Virus record (IMG/VR): IMGVR_UViG_3300030339_000003
Span: 124,001 to 188,000 of that record
Length of the DNA: 64,000 bases
Strand: one strand, 5' to 3'
This document shows, piece by piece, positions 36,893 through 47,467 of the stretch (position 1 is the stretch's first letter; every line of letters begins with the position of its first letter). The notes below the pieces were generated by a model, which saw only the letters and a program-made list of their open reading frames with translations, had not been told where the DNA came from and did no database searches. A program made the position numbers and the translations under genes.

Positions 36893-39497
36893 GTTGAGCA
36901 ACCTCGAAATAACCTTCAATACTTAACACATTATTGAGGTAAAGTTTATTAACTTGTTTTAAGAAAGTAAATTGGTCACTGGTGACAGTCAACTTACCGA
37001 TGTTCGCGAAAGGCAAGATACCGAAATAACGTAAATCAAACTTTAACGTAATCGGGTCGTATGGTAACCACCATTTATACAACTGCACCAATTCACTGAC
37101 TGTTTGGTCGGGGTATAATTCATCAGTAGAAGGTTTAGTCGGTACCGTCAATACACCGTTTACAATTGCATTAGCAACCACATTCATAAACGGACTATAC
37201 ATCAGATATTTTTCACGCATGTTAAAGTCAACACTAATCGTCGGCTTAACCGCATACAGTGTTAGATAATCCGACACACGTTTATCTGTTGCACGACCGG
37301 CATCATACAAATAATGTTGGTCGTAGTCTTTGGCATAGTTTACCGGAGCATAGGTATGTTTAACCATGTACGGAAAACCATTTAACGGATTGTTGTAATC
37401 GTTAGGATCATTTAATTCAGATGTATTAAGTTCACCGGGTAACATCAAACGGCCATTAATAACGATGCGCGTAACACGGTCTTCACGGACATTATAACGT
37501 TTACCGTTTCCGATTACCCCACCTTCCATATAACCAAGTTCGACTTCGGTCTTAGGTTGAGTAGGATCGCTCCATTGGCCATAACAACGAACCACAACAG
37601 TTTGCGCGCCTTCGACAATGTGTTGACGGTTGTTAATAAAGATACGGCGGTCTTTAAATAACCAATCCACTTTATCAATCAATGTTTTACCATTCATGAT
37701 AACATCAATTTGCGCAAAGCTAATGGCTAGGTTCCCAGTAACTTTGGCATAAAGATCATCAAGACTAAAAGCCAGAGAGTGATCGATATGATCGATAGAC
37801 AAAGTATGGCAGAGATACACGTCGTTATAAACGATAACACCGCGTTGGTTAACTTTGTCGAGTTTATCCCAAACCAATAAGCCAGACGCATCAATATGGT
37901 ATACATCAGTTCCAGTAACATCTTTTAATGCCCCCGTAAGTTGATTAAGGACAATGCTGTAAGAACTGGTATAAACCCGGAACTCAGCTTTGTTAGTGAG
38001 TTGCAGATTTAAATTCGTTACATCATAATGAATGTTACGTGATGGTTGACCATAAATAAATTCAACCTTTGCACAACCAGTATACTTAGGCGTGATAGTT
38101 GGTTTATTTAAGATACCGTAGAAACCTAACAAATAACCATCAGCGTCGTATTCCCACACTGTACTGTCCCCGACAAATGTAACAGGAACGTCAATAGTGG
38201 TACGACCTTCGGCGACGACTCCGCTAATTGGAGATGCCGACATAGCCAATGTTTCGGCATTATAACCTAATGCTTGGTTAACGAGTTCTGTATTAATGCC
38301 ATCGTGTTTGGCACGTACATACGTCATTACCGGGCCGCCTTCTAATTCGTTAGCAGTCCATTCAGGCATAACCGAACGATCACCCGTCATTGCTTTAACA
38401 ATGTTGGTATCATCCATACGGTAAAGATATTTAATACGCTGTGATTCCCACGGCCATTGTAACGTCCACTTTGTATCACGTTCTAAAACCATGACACGCA
38501 ATGTTTGATCGTCACTAAGTTCAGGCAAACTACCGCGCTGCACTTCGATTTGATCAATAGCAATGGCCACATCAACATGAGTTAATTGACGAATTGCCTT
38601 AACGCTATTACGGTGGAAGTAAACCCCTTTACCGTTACCGTCGACCAAGTAATAATCATTGTCGTCAAAATAACGGAAAGTAAAGTCACCATCTTTAGGG
38701 GGATGTAAAATGAATTTACGCTTAGCATCTAAATCACTGTAAAAATCATTCAGTGTTTTATAGCTGTAATAAAGAACGCGTTTAATGGTAGGGTCATGCC
38801 ATATTTCAACCACATCCCCTGTGACTAATTGACTAGTAGGAGGGATAGCAGGAACCTTATAACCGTTAACAAACACACCCGTATAACCTGGACGAGATTT
38901 AATCACACTGAGACGGGTAGCGAACACGCCCAGTTCAGTTGGGTTTTCATACGTCATCGATTCAAAGACATAGGGGTTGCCAGTGTCTGCCATTGCGTTA
39001 GTTGACTTGGTAATATCCAAATCAGTCGAATAACAACGGAAGTGCATATCGTCAACAGGTAACACGTCAAAGTTATTAATGTGTTCAAACGCAATTAACA
39101 CTAACCCATCTTGTGTGCACAAGATCCAAGTCTTGGTACGCGGGTATTGACGACCTAATGTATTATAGAAGTCAACTTGAACACCACGGCGCTTTGCCAT
39201 AACAGAAGCATTAATCCATTTGTTGATTGGATTACGCGTTTTAAACAAATAGGCAAAGTTCCACATACCTGGATGAGTACCACCGGCAGTAAAGACATGA
39301 AAGCGGCGATTCCATAACGGAGTCATACGCCAAGCACCCATGTAATTAAAGTTACCGATAGCGCCTACGTCAGTAGTAATACGTTTAATACTGACTTGGA
39401 ATTGTTTATCGTTTTCGGGATTACCCCACAAAGCTTTACCCGCATAATTAACCAACGGGTTGTCATCACTTACACCACGTACGATTTCAGTTGGCAT
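36885..39497 (-). CDS. virion structural/baseplate protein (phiKZ gp27-like position)
   Basis: 870 aa, synteny. Confidence 0.7.
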   Translation of the reverse strand: MPTEIVRGVSDDNPLVNYAGKALWGNPENDKQFQVSIKRITTDVGAIGNFNYMGAWRMTPLWNRRFHVFTAGGTHPGMWNFAYLFKTRNPINKWINASVMAKRRGVQVDFYNTLGRQYPRTKTWILCTQDGLVLIAFEHINNFDVLPVDDMHFRCYSTDLDITKSTNAMADTGNPYVFESMTYENPTELGVFATRLSVIKSRPGYTGVFVNGYKVPAIPPTSQLVTGDVVEIWHDPTIKRVLYYSYKTLNDFYSDLDAKRKFILHPPKDGDFTFRYFDDNDYYLVDGNGKGVYFHRNSVKAIRQLTHVDVAIAIDQIEVQRGSLPELSDDQTLRVMVLERDTKWTLQWPWESQRIKYLYRMDDTNIVKAMTGDRSVMPEWTANELEGGPVMTYVRAKHDGINTELVNQALGYNAETLAMSASPISGVVAEGRTTIDVPVTFVGDSTVWEYDADGYLLGFYGILNKPTITPKYTGCAKVEFIYGQPSRNIHYDVTNLNLQLTNKAEFRVYTSSYSIVLNQLTGALKDVTGTDVYHIDASGLLVWDKLDKVNQRGVIVYNDVYLCHTLSIDHIDHSLAFSLDDLYAKVTGNLAISFAQIDVIMNGKTLIDKVDWLFKDRRIFINNRQHIVEGAQTVVVRCYGQWSDPTQPKTEVELGYMEGGVIGNGKRYNVREDRVTRIVINGRLMLPGELNTSELNDPNDYNNPLNGFPYMVKHTYAPVNYAKDYDQHYLYDAGRATDKRVSDYLTLYAVKPTISVDFNMREKYLMYSPFMNVVANAIVNGVLTVPTKPSTDELYPDQTVSELVQLYKWWLPYDPITLKFDLRYFGILPFANIGKLTVTSDQFTFLKQVNKLYLNNVLSIEGYFEVAQHV

Positions 39498-39506
39498 AAC
39501 ACACCT

Positions 39507-40391
39507 TTAAATGACAGGTGAAAGATCGTAGTTGTAGGAAATGTTACGAATGAAATCATCAACCAGATCGCGGTTATATTTAGGATCTAATTGAAGACCT
39601 AATGCTGTTTTGTTATATGCTTTGTTGGTTACCGCAGCATAAATAAAACCACACATCAAGAATGGACTTTCAAGCATAACACTGACTACTTTACCACCTA
39701 CACCGATATAGGTTAAACGACTGGTCATCGCAATGAAATCAGCCAAGAACAAGTTCTTTAATTTGAATAAGGTAGGTTCTTCTTTGATCGCATTTACTAA
39801 CGCAACGACATCTTTCAGATAACCAATATCATCAATAATCATCTGACTTGTATCGCGATTAATGCCAAACGCAGATTTGATGGCATTAGAAGAAACAAAT
39901 GAATGCTCATCACTGTCGTGTTCAAACACACAGTTAACGTAATGCCCGAGCACAATACGCAATGTTAAAGCTTCATTAGTATCCAGTCCATAACGGGTAG
40001 ATAACAATTGAGCTAATGCTCCGCCCACACCTTTAACACAAATAAACTTACTTGAGTTGAGTGTGGATGTCTGACCCATCGCGTAGTCTTGTTGCATATA
40101 AGCTGTCAAACGAATAATGTTTAATTCAGTCTCGTTAACAACTTTATCTTTAGTATTACGGAACTGACGTTCATCATAAACTGTTTGAGTGGTGTTGTCA
40201 TAACCTTTAAAAGTAATTGGAAGCGGAAAACGAGGAAGTCCCGTATCGTTACTATTAGTGATAGTAAACACCCCGGCTTTGGTTGTCGGCAACAAGTCAC
40301 GACGTAAAGCCAGCGTTTTTATGATTTCTTCAACATGATCTTTTACTTTTAAAGGCTTTCCGATTAGGGTATCGTAACCGTTAATAATCAT
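39507..40391 (-). CDS. virion-associated protein (phiKZ gp28-like position)
   Basis: ~295 aa, AGGAG RBS, synteny. Confidence 0.65.
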   Translation of the reverse strand: MIINGYDTLIGKPLKVKDHVEEIIKTLALRRDLLPTTKAGVFTITNSNDTGLPRFPLPITFKGYDNTTQTVYDERQFRNTKDKVVNETELNIIRLTAYMQQDYAMGQTSTLNSSKFICVKGVGGALAQLLSTRYGLDTNEALTLRIVLGHYVNCVFEHDSDEHSFVSSNAIKSAFGINRDTSQMIIDDIGYLKDVVALVNAIKEEPTLFKLKNLFLADFIAMTSRLTYIGVGGKVVSVMLESPFLMCGFIYAAVTNKAYNKTALGLQLDPKYNRDLVDDFIRNISYNYDLSPVI

Positions 40392-40519
40392 TGCCAAAAC
40401 TCCTTAATTAATTCTATGAGCCGAAAACAGTACGATAGAAGGGCTGGTATAGCTTTCACATACGATTGTGACGGCACGTCGACGCTAAATTTTGATCAAA
40501 TCCTCATGAGGAATTTTAC

Positions 40520-42655
40520 ATGGTAAGTACGGTAGCTATCGTCCCCGGCAAAGTTGAGCTGAACGGTATCCGTGATATTAGTATCCCGGATTATCAACCA
40601 GTTGCACCTTCCACGCCGATATCTTTGCCTGTCATCCATATGGTGACACCAAAAGGCGAATTAGGGACTCAGTTCATTCCAACGTCTCAGTTCAAACTTC
40701 GCTTCGGCGATGTGTTTGACGATACAACTCTTTATTATAACCCTAACTCAGTTCTGCTGAAACAGCTGACTCTGGGTGGACAAGCGCGTACTGGTATCCG
40801 TCGTCTGACTGCCAACACCGTTGTTTCTCGTATTCCATTGAGCGCATATGTTCAACAGCGCCCAGTGACTTCTTACGAGCGCGATTCAACTGGCAAGTTT
40901 AAGATTGATGCTAACGGCGACCGCATTCCTACTGGTACCGTAGATGGCCTTTATATCACCATCAAAGTCGATGACTCTGCTGTCGGTAAAGCGCCAGGCG
41001 AATTGACTGTACGTGAAATTGCAGGCGCTAACGAAGGTGATCCGTCAACTCACGTTTACCCGCTGTTTGAATTGCCAGCAGGTATTGGTGATGCGTATAA
41101 CAAAAATGGTATCCAGTTCGGTAGCCGTTCTAACGCAATAAACCAGCAGAACGTTGCAGCATTCGTCCGCGCAACAGGCGTTTATCCGTTTACCCTGCGC
41201 ATGTTCGAATCTTCTAATGCTGGCGTTCGTAGCTACGCATCTACCATTAATCAGGGTGATACTGCTTCATTGACGTTGTTTGAAACAACTTACAACAACA
41301 CCAAGTATTCCCTGAAACGTGGTGTTCAGCAGTTTACTGACCGTAAGACCAGCAATCTGGTTGACACGATCCCTACTCCGTTTACCGCACCGATTGTTTA
41401 TCAGGACAACTTAGACCTGATCGCACAGCTGCTGTATTCAGTAGAAAAACCTCTGAACACTAATCTGGTTGATACCGGTATTTATTCGTATCGTCAGATG
41501 AACCCGTTCACTTGCGTCGACCACACCGGTGTTCCTTATTACGGTATCGCAACAGATGATATCGTGACCTGGGATATGACCTATGCGGTAATGTCTCAAT
41601 TTGGTATTTCTCCATTCTTAACTGAAACCGGCGAAATGCCTGACTTCGTAACCAAGACTGTGCTGAACGACCCGTTTGGTATTTTGACTGGCGTTGAAGT
41701 TCCGATGACTGCTAAACAAGCCTGGCAGATCAATGACCAACTGACCCTGGCCGATATGGTAACTTATACCGCTTCTGCAGAAATGCAAAACGTTATGGTT
41801 AACCGTCAGTCTATGTGGTGGGACGTTGGTTACTCCATGGACACCAAAGAAAAAGCAGCTGAGCTGTTGAGTGCACGTAAAGATATCTACGTTCATTTCT
41901 GCGCAACTGTATTTGAACCGGGTGTACCTAACCTGATCGAAGACATTTATTCTCGTCTGTCACTGATCACTTCCAATGCTCGTCTGTATCCTGAGTCCGA
42001 TGTTTGGGGTACTGCTGCTCTGCGTTTCTCTGTCAACAAAATTGAAGCGATTCCGAACAGCGAAGACAACGATTGGCCAATGTCCGGTAACCTGGATCTG
42101 GCAATGAAGTGGGCTCAAGCAGGCGGTAATGATACCGGTATCTTCCGTGTGTCTATGTCTCCTGACCATGGCGATTATCGTATCCTCGATACCATGCATT
42201 CTCCAAACATCACGTTTGAAGAAGATTTGATCGGTGCTGTTGGTCTGGAACTCGGTGGTATCACACTGCGTCCATACGACACTGGCGTTTACTTCCGTCC
42301 AGCGTTACCAACTGGTTATGCTACTTCAGTTGACTCTGTGCTGAAAGATCAGGTTCCTGCAATCATCTGTATTGCCATCGAAAAGATTGCGCAATCCAAA
42401 TGGGGCCTGGTGTGTGGCGATTCTACTATCACTTCTGATAACTACGCGTCTATTGTTAAAGATGCAATCGAAATCGATGTGCGTGATAATTTGGGCGGCT
42501 ATGTGAAAGTTAACGTAGTGACTTCTTACAACGAAACAGAAGTAGGTGGTCTGGCTAAGTTGAAAGTCATTGCGTATTGCTATTTCAATAAAGCTAAATA
42601 CATGATGGAATTCGATCTGTTCGCGGATAACATCAATAACTACACTGCGGCTTAA
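40520..42655 (+). CDS. contractile tail sheath protein (phiKZ gp29-like)
   Basis: 711 aa, strong expression codon bias, N-terminal PG...GIRD.S, divergent from the gp28-like gene as in phiKZ. Confidence 0.85.
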   Translation: MVSTVAIVPGKVELNGIRDISIPDYQPVAPSTPISLPVIHMVTPKGELGTQFIPTSQFKLRFGDVFDDTTLYYNPNSVLLKQLTLGGQARTGIRRLTANTVVSRIPLSAYVQQRPVTSYERDSTGKFKIDANGDRIPTGTVDGLYITIKVDDSAVGKAPGELTVREIAGANEGDPSTHVYPLFELPAGIGDAYNKNGIQFGSRSNAINQQNVAAFVRATGVYPFTLRMFESSNAGVRSYASTINQGDTASLTLFETTYNNTKYSLKRGVQQFTDRKTSNLVDTIPTPFTAPIVYQDNLDLIAQLLYSVEKPLNTNLVDTGIYSYRQMNPFTCVDHTGVPYYGIATDDIVTWDMTYAVMSQFGISPFLTETGEMPDFVTKTVLNDPFGILTGVEVPMTAKQAWQINDQLTLADMVTYTASAEMQNVMVNRQSMWWDVGYSMDTKEKAAELLSARKDIYVHFCATVFEPGVPNLIEDIYSRLSLITSNARLYPESDVWGTAALRFSVNKIEAIPNSEDNDWPMSGNLDLAMKWAQAGGNDTGIFRVSMSPDHGDYRILDTMHSPNITFEEDLIGAVGLELGGITLRPYDTGVYFRPALPTGYATSVDSVLKDQVPAIICIAIEKIAQSKWGLVCGDSTITSDNYASIVKDAIEIDVRDNLGGYVKVNVVTSYNETEVGGLAKLKVIAYCYFNKAKYMMEFDLFADNINNYTAA

Positions 42656-42668
42656 TTAAGGAATCGTA

Positions 42669-43568
42669 ATGGCTGATAGTAACTATATCCACCGTACGAA
42701 CGAGACACTGCTCGGTAAAAGTGATCCGTTTGTACAGGGCATGGGACTGGAAAACCGTCCTGTTGTTAACCCCGCTTTAGGCGGGGTAGGTTCTTACACG
42801 CACAACGTGTTCGAATACCTGAACGTGCAACCGCACATCCAGCAGCAAGCTTATTGCATCGTGTTGTCAACGCCTAACCTGTTCAGCAAATTGCCGGCGG
42901 GTACTCGTTTACACTCAATGTGTAAAGCATTCTTCGAAAACCGTTCTCTGAAATTCGAAGGCTTGTCAGATCGTACTGAATTCGAATACGCTGACGTTAC
43001 CTGGACTGGTCACAAGTTGTCCTTCCCTACTGGTGCAACGCGTACGCTGGGTGCTGTTACGCACTCTACCTATGATATCGAAGGTGAAGCATTCCGCTTC
43101 CTGTTCGAAGCATGGGGTAACTGGTGTATCATCAACTCTGATACTCAGATGGCAAACGCTGTAACACTGGCTGACCCAGGCGACATGCTGCTCGATGACA
43201 TTTCCGTGTCTTGTATCTATTTCGATACTACACGTAACGGTCGTGACATTTCTTCTGCCCAGTTAATGGTCGGTATGATGCCACGTTCTAAAGTGAACAT
43301 CGAAATGCGTCGTGACAAAAACGAAGCTGGCAACATGCGTAATATCGATATGGAGTTCACCGGTCTGGTTGAATCCAATACGTACGCTGTTAAACAGATC
43401 GCGCGTTCGTTCCTGGCACGTATGCCTTGGTTCAACCCATCTGGTCAGCAAGCTCCATCTGCGTTTATGAACCGTACCGCAATCCTGGAATCTATCACTG
43501 ATACCGGCTTGCTGGAAACCATGTCTCTGCAGAAAGCTAAAATTGTTTCTCCAACATACATCGGTTAA
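42669..43568 (+). CDS. tail tube protein (phiKZ gp30-like)
   Basis: 299 aa directly after sheath, C-terminal MEFTG motif, high-expression codon bias. Confidence 0.8.
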   Translation: MADSNYIHRTNETLLGKSDPFVQGMGLENRPVVNPALGGVGSYTHNVFEYLNVQPHIQQQAYCIVLSTPNLFSKLPAGTRLHSMCKAFFENRSLKFEGLSDRTEFEYADVTWTGHKLSFPTGATRTLGAVTHSTYDIEGEAFRFLFEAWGNWCIINSDTQMANAVTLADPGDMLLDDISVSCIYFDTTRNGRDISSAQLMVGMMPRSKVNIEMRRDKNEAGNMRNIDMEFTGLVESNTYAVKQIARSFLARMPWFNPSGQQAPSAFMNRTAILESITDTGLLETMSLQKAKIVSPTYIG

Positions 43569-43590
43569 ACAAAAAAAAATAAAGATAACA

Positions 43591-43620
43591 ATAACTCCTA
43601 CCCGTGAGGGTAGGAGTTAT
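43591..43620. terminator. bidirectional terminator (repeat family)
   Basis: ATAACTCCTACCC-GTGA-GGGTAGGAGTTAT. Confidence 0.8.
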
Positions 43621-43638
43621 ATATTGTTTATGTATTTA

Positions 43639-43719
43639 TTAATTACAGAACTTATTGACGAATTTTCTAACATAATAAACAATGACCGCTGCCAAAATTA
43701 ATATCAAAATTATTTTCAT
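43639..43719 (-). CDS. 26-aa single-pass membrane microprotein
   Basis: MKIILILILAAVIVYYVRKFVNKFCN, AAGGTG RBS. Confidence 0.5.
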   Translation of the reverse strand: MKIILILILAAVIVYYVRKFVNKFCN

Positions 43720-43752
43720 TTAACACCTTTCTTATTATAGGGTAAGAGTAAA

Positions 43753-44283
43753 TTACACGCTGCGATATAGCGGAGCTTTTAAAGGCAAGTATTTCGCAGT
43801 GGGCATGTTTTCGTGGATATACATAATACTTTTTAATGCATATCTATTATTGCGCATACAACGTAAAATAGCACGATGATGAGCAGGTACTTTAAACAAG
43901 GGAACTTCTTCCAAGTCTAATGTGTAGTAATACAACAAAGTAGCGCGTAATAATTCTAACGCCTCTTTGCCTTTTGCCGCATAGTGTTTAGAAATCTCCA
44001 CACTGTGTAGCCAATTCAATATTTGATTCGTTGTCATCTCAACAGGAACCACAAAACTAAAGTGATCGAAATTCTTTAGGATGGTAGGTTTCTTAATAGA
44101 ATCAGAACGCCTCAGTACAGCACGACGTTTACTGAATCCATGTTGATAGTGTAAAACAATGGATGCATTTAAGTAAGTAACACTGACGCGGAAAGGTTTC
44201 CACACAATCATAACAACAGTGTACAATACCAAAAATGTGTAAATACCGATCAAACACAGATTGATAACATCATCGTAATACAT
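43753..44283 (-). CDS. membrane-anchored early protein
   Basis: N-terminal TM helix; TATATTAC at 44330-44337 upstream. Confidence 0.7.
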   Translation of the reverse strand: MYYDDVINLCLIGIYTFLVLYTVVMIVWKPFRVSVTYLNASIVLHYQHGFSKRRAVLRRSDSIKKPTILKNFDHFSFVVPVEMTTNQILNWLHSVEISKHYAAKGKEALELLRATLLYYYTLDLEEVPLFKVPAHHRAILRCMRNNRYALKSIMYIHENMPTAKYLPLKAPLYRSV

Positions 44284-44326
44284 GGCACATATCCTTATAA
44301 AGTTTAACAGCTAAGTTTACTACTCC

Positions 44327-44346
44327 TAAGTAATATAGATTTAAAA
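44327..44346 (-). promoter_or_regulatory. early promoter (TATATTAC)
   Basis: Minus strand TTTAAATCTATATTACTTA. Confidence 0.75.
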
Positions 44347-44390
44347 CGTTATGTAATCTAAATTCCCCACCCTCTCAGGCAGGGAATCAG

Positions 44391-45440
44391 TTACTTAGGT
44401 AAGTGAGCAAGTGCGTGTCCCAACAATGATAATACGTCATCTAGATCTGCATAAGCCGAATTAATAGAGATCTTAGAATGAGGAGAAATCAAATCACTAT
44501 TGATGACTGTGGTGTAACCAATACCGTTAGGTGTTTTAAGAAGACCCACGTAGGTATTAGCTTCTTTGATTTGAACAGCCGCATTAAAGTAATTGGTACC
44601 CACTAATAAGTCTTGATCAATACCAACGTGAATATAGTGATTCTTTTCCAAATTAGGATTATCGATAATAACACGAACTAATTTTTGTAAAGCATTTTGA
44701 ACTGAAATTAAGAACTCTTCCAGTAATGCTGAACGTTGACGGTCATATGGGTGGCTACCATCTATTAGGTCCCGAACCATTAAACGATGCCAACCAAAAC
44801 GTAACACTAAAACGTGTTCGCGTTGCTCTTTGTAATCCCGAGCTTTCAGGTTAACACTGATAGGGGTAAATGACGACTCTAAGGTACCTACATTTGTTTT
44901 ATTTACCATACCGCGATAATACGCCGACGATAGTTGTAAATCACGAGCATAGTCCTTAGGTTCAACAATCGCACCATGGAACTGCCAGTTTTCAATTGTC
45001 TCTTTAATTGAATCTAACCAATTCAAGAAACGCATGACTTCACTAAGCGACCGCGTGTTCATTAAGAACATCTTGGTATTTTTGTATACTAATGTAACTT
45101 GAGTACGACTAATTTCAAAACGCAATGAAGCAAAGCCAGTTTCACCAATAACACGCACCCATTTTTTAGCTCGAGGGTTTGATTGTTTGATGTCTTGCAG
45201 TGAACCAATGATATTGCTCATTTCGCCCAGTACGTTAATGTCTGGGTTAATGAACGAATTATCACGATAGTTACGAATAACCATTTTAACTTGATGGAAA
45301 GGAATGGCTGTTTCGCCAACAGGCGTTACACGTTCGAGCAGTAAACTGAATACTGTTTCTGCGTCGTTATCTATGAGATATCTGTATTCCGCATGCGGAA
45401 CAATATCTGGATAATCGTTATAGTCCATACATTCATCCAT
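44391..45440 (-). CDS. hypothetical protein
   Basis: ORF; the track's 45491 start runs through a terminator hairpin, so 45440/45428 is preferred. Confidence 0.75.
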   Translation of the reverse strand: MDECMDYNDYPDIVPHAEYRYLIDNDAETVFSLLLERVTPVGETAIPFHQVKMVIRNYRDNSFINPDINVLGEMSNIIGSLQDIKQSNPRAKKWVRVIGETGFASLRFEISRTQVTLVYKNTKMFLMNTRSLSEVMRFLNWLDSIKETIENWQFHGAIVEPKDYARDLQLSSAYYRGMVNKTNVGTLESSFTPISVNLKARDYKEQREHVLVLRFGWHRLMVRDLIDGSHPYDRQRSALLEEFLISVQNALQKLVRVIIDNPNLEKNHYIHVGIDQDLLVGTNYFNAAVQIKEANTYVGLLKTPNGIGYTTVINSDLISPHSKISINSAYADLDDVLSLLGHALAHLPK

Positions 45441-45504
45441 TACAAAAAAATAAATAAATATTACAGGGATCCTAAGACCCCTGTAATTCATTATTAAAGT
45501 TTAC

Positions 45505-45945
45505 TTAACCGAACAGCTTGGCAGCGGCTTCGCTGTTAGAATTTGACATTTGTTCACGGTAGTTGTTCAGGTCATCGGAATAGTTATAATCGATTGACGT
45601 GATTGCTTGACCGTACAGTGTGTTATCGCCGACTTCCTGTTTCAGGAAATGCTGGCTCTGAATTTGTGCGTACCCCAAATCGAGCGTTGAATCGAAACTG
45701 ATATTTTCATTATTTTCATCGAAAGCTGAGCGCGCCAATTGCGCGGTAGCTTGTTCAGACTGCGCCACCAGGTTGTTCAGGAAATTAAGGTGAACACCCA
45801 GAGAATCCTGAGTCACTTCTTCATTGAAGATTTCTGGTCCGGCCTGGAAAGTCGCATGCGAAGTAACATTGTTAACGTCTGCACCAGCAACTAATGCAGT
45901 AACGCCATTTTCCATAATTTCATCAAAATTGGTATTCAAAGACAT
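45505..45945 (-). CDS. highly acidic early protein
   Basis: 146 aa, ~21 D/E vs 4 K/R; early promoter upstream, terminator downstream. Confidence 0.75.
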   Translation of the reverse strand: MSLNTNFDEIMENGVTALVAGADVNNVTSHATFQAGPEIFNEEVTQDSLGVHLNFLNNLVAQSEQATAQLARSAFDENNENISFDSTLDLGYAQIQSQHFLKQEVGDNTLYGQAITSIDYNYSDDLNNYREQMSNSNSEAAAKLFG

Positions 45946-46035
45946 GAGGATTTCCTTTAGATTAACGGTTGAATTAATAAAGACAAAACAGAGGTAGCAG
46001 TCGCATCCTCTTGAACTCTTGTTCGTTGTGTCACC

Positions 46036-46055
46036 TAAGTAATATAGGTTTGAAA
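46036..46055 (-). promoter_or_regulatory. early promoter (TATATTAC)
   Basis: Minus strand TTTCAAACCTATATTACTTA. Confidence 0.8.
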
Positions 46056-46111
46056 TTAGTTTAGACTAACAAATATATTGTCAAGTTAAAAAATAAATAT
46101 AAAAGAATATA

Positions 46112-46143
46112 TACTACTCCTACCCGCAAGGGTAGGAGTAGTA
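46112..46143 (-). terminator. terminator (repeat family)
   Basis: TACTACTCCTACCC-GCAA-GGGTAGGAGTAGTA. Confidence 0.8.
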
Positions 46144-46156
46144 GGATTACTGTAGT

Positions 46157-46597
46157 TTAAGGACGGAAAATGCCTTTAGTCAAACGTTTACTATTCAGAT
46201 GATTGACTACAGAAGTAGGATCACATAAATAAGCATGTTTGGCTGTATCGCTAAAAACAACAAACGATGAAACATTAGCCAACCCATTGTGTTCCACGAT
46301 AACCGAATATTGTACAGTATCGTTTAGCACGTCAAGTGAATCAATGCTACCGCCTTTATCCTTTTCGATGTTAGCCAAACCCGTTTCAGTAATTGGGTTA
46401 CTGACATCGGCAATAATGACATTACTACTGTCAACAGCTTTTACGTTCACATCAGTACCAGAACGCGCTGCGACTACAGTGCCACCATCTGCCAGTTTAC
46501 ATTGAAAAAGAATACCCTCTGCAGCATTAGCACTAAAAACTGTCAACATGTACAGCGCTACAACGCTAACTAATGTACAAAGGAATTGCTTTACCAT
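46157..46597 (-). CDS. secreted/periplasmic protein with signal peptide
   Basis: MVKQFLCTLVSVVALYMLTVFSANA-A signal peptide, two mature Cys; GGAG RBS. Confidence 0.7.
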   Translation of the reverse strand: MVKQFLCTLVSVVALYMLTVFSANAAEGILFQCKLADGGTVVAARSGTDVNVKAVDSSNVIIADVSNPITETGLANIEKDKGGSIDSLDVLNDTVQYSVIVEHNGLANVSSFVVFSDTAKHAYLCDPTSVVNHLNSKRLTKGIFRP

Positions 46598-46673
46598 GTG
46601 ATACTCCATTTTAAATCATGAAAGGAAAAAGATTAAAGCGATAAAATCTACCAACGCACCAAACTTACGTTCT

Positions 46674-47363
46674 TTATTGGATATTGGCGGCATCGCTTTC
46701 GGTAAGCGTTCTGATAACGGTTTGCAAGGCATCGAAGAAATCGGTTCCGTCTTCGTAGCCGGTGTGGATGTGGTTGAGGCATGCATTAACAAGCTCCTCA
46801 CGCTTTTCGAGATACGGATATCCGCTTAAAGCTAACACCGTATCTTCGCAGGTAAATGACCAGTCTTCAGGAGTAACAATGTCACCCGTCATACTGCCTA
46901 AGAACCATGTTAAAGCTTCTGCGCGAGTTTCGAGATCTTGTGCAGGCAGCAATGCAAAGTCTACCAAGTACGGATCAAAACAGACCAGTTCGGTCATAAC
47001 CGCTTTGAAAAGATTTGCATTGTTATCGTACTGTCGATGTGACAACAGTGAAATAACAGCTTTGCGATGGTCGACGCTCAAAGTGAAAGCACGCTTAGCA
47101 AAGAGGCTAAGGTTAGGATGCTTGCTTTCAATAAACATTTGAACGACTTGCAGTGCATAGTCCGAGATAGCGGTGAGCTTCCCGGCGTCATTACCCAGCT
47201 TCCGTGCGATCATGTGTCCTTCGGATTGGAGATCAATAGCGCGATCCCAAATCTTTTCGGATTCATCAAAAATTGAACGAATCAGATTACCGTTACCAAT
47301 GGCGTTACCCAAACCAATGAAATACCCGGCCATCAATTGTTTGTTCAAGTTCAGATCTTGCAT
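46674..47363 (-). CDS. hypothetical early protein
   Basis: ORF, AAGGA RBS at MQDLNL, promoter 47468-47487. Confidence 0.75.
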   Translation of the reverse strand: MQDLNLNKQLMAGYFIGLGNAIGNGNLIRSIFDESEKIWDRAIDLQSEGHMIARKLGNDAGKLTAISDYALQVVQMFIESKHPNLSLFAKRAFTLSVDHRKAVISLLSHRQYDNNANLFKAVMTELVCFDPYLVDFALLPAQDLETRAEALTWFLGSMTGDIVTPEDWSFTCEDTVLALSGYPYLEKREELVNACLNHIHTGYEDGTDFFDALQTVIRTLTESDAANIQ

Positions 47364-47467
47364 ATATTGTCCTTTACCTAAGTTGATTAAATTGACTAAG
47401 TTAATTGTCCACAATATACTTAATCGTGTAACATTTCATTCACATAGAAATAAATGTTGGACACTCT

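Noticed and set aside
18706-46143. CRISPR array from the repeated hairpins
   Set aside because: Copies are kilobases apart at gene ends, not regularly spaced with spacers; no cas genes
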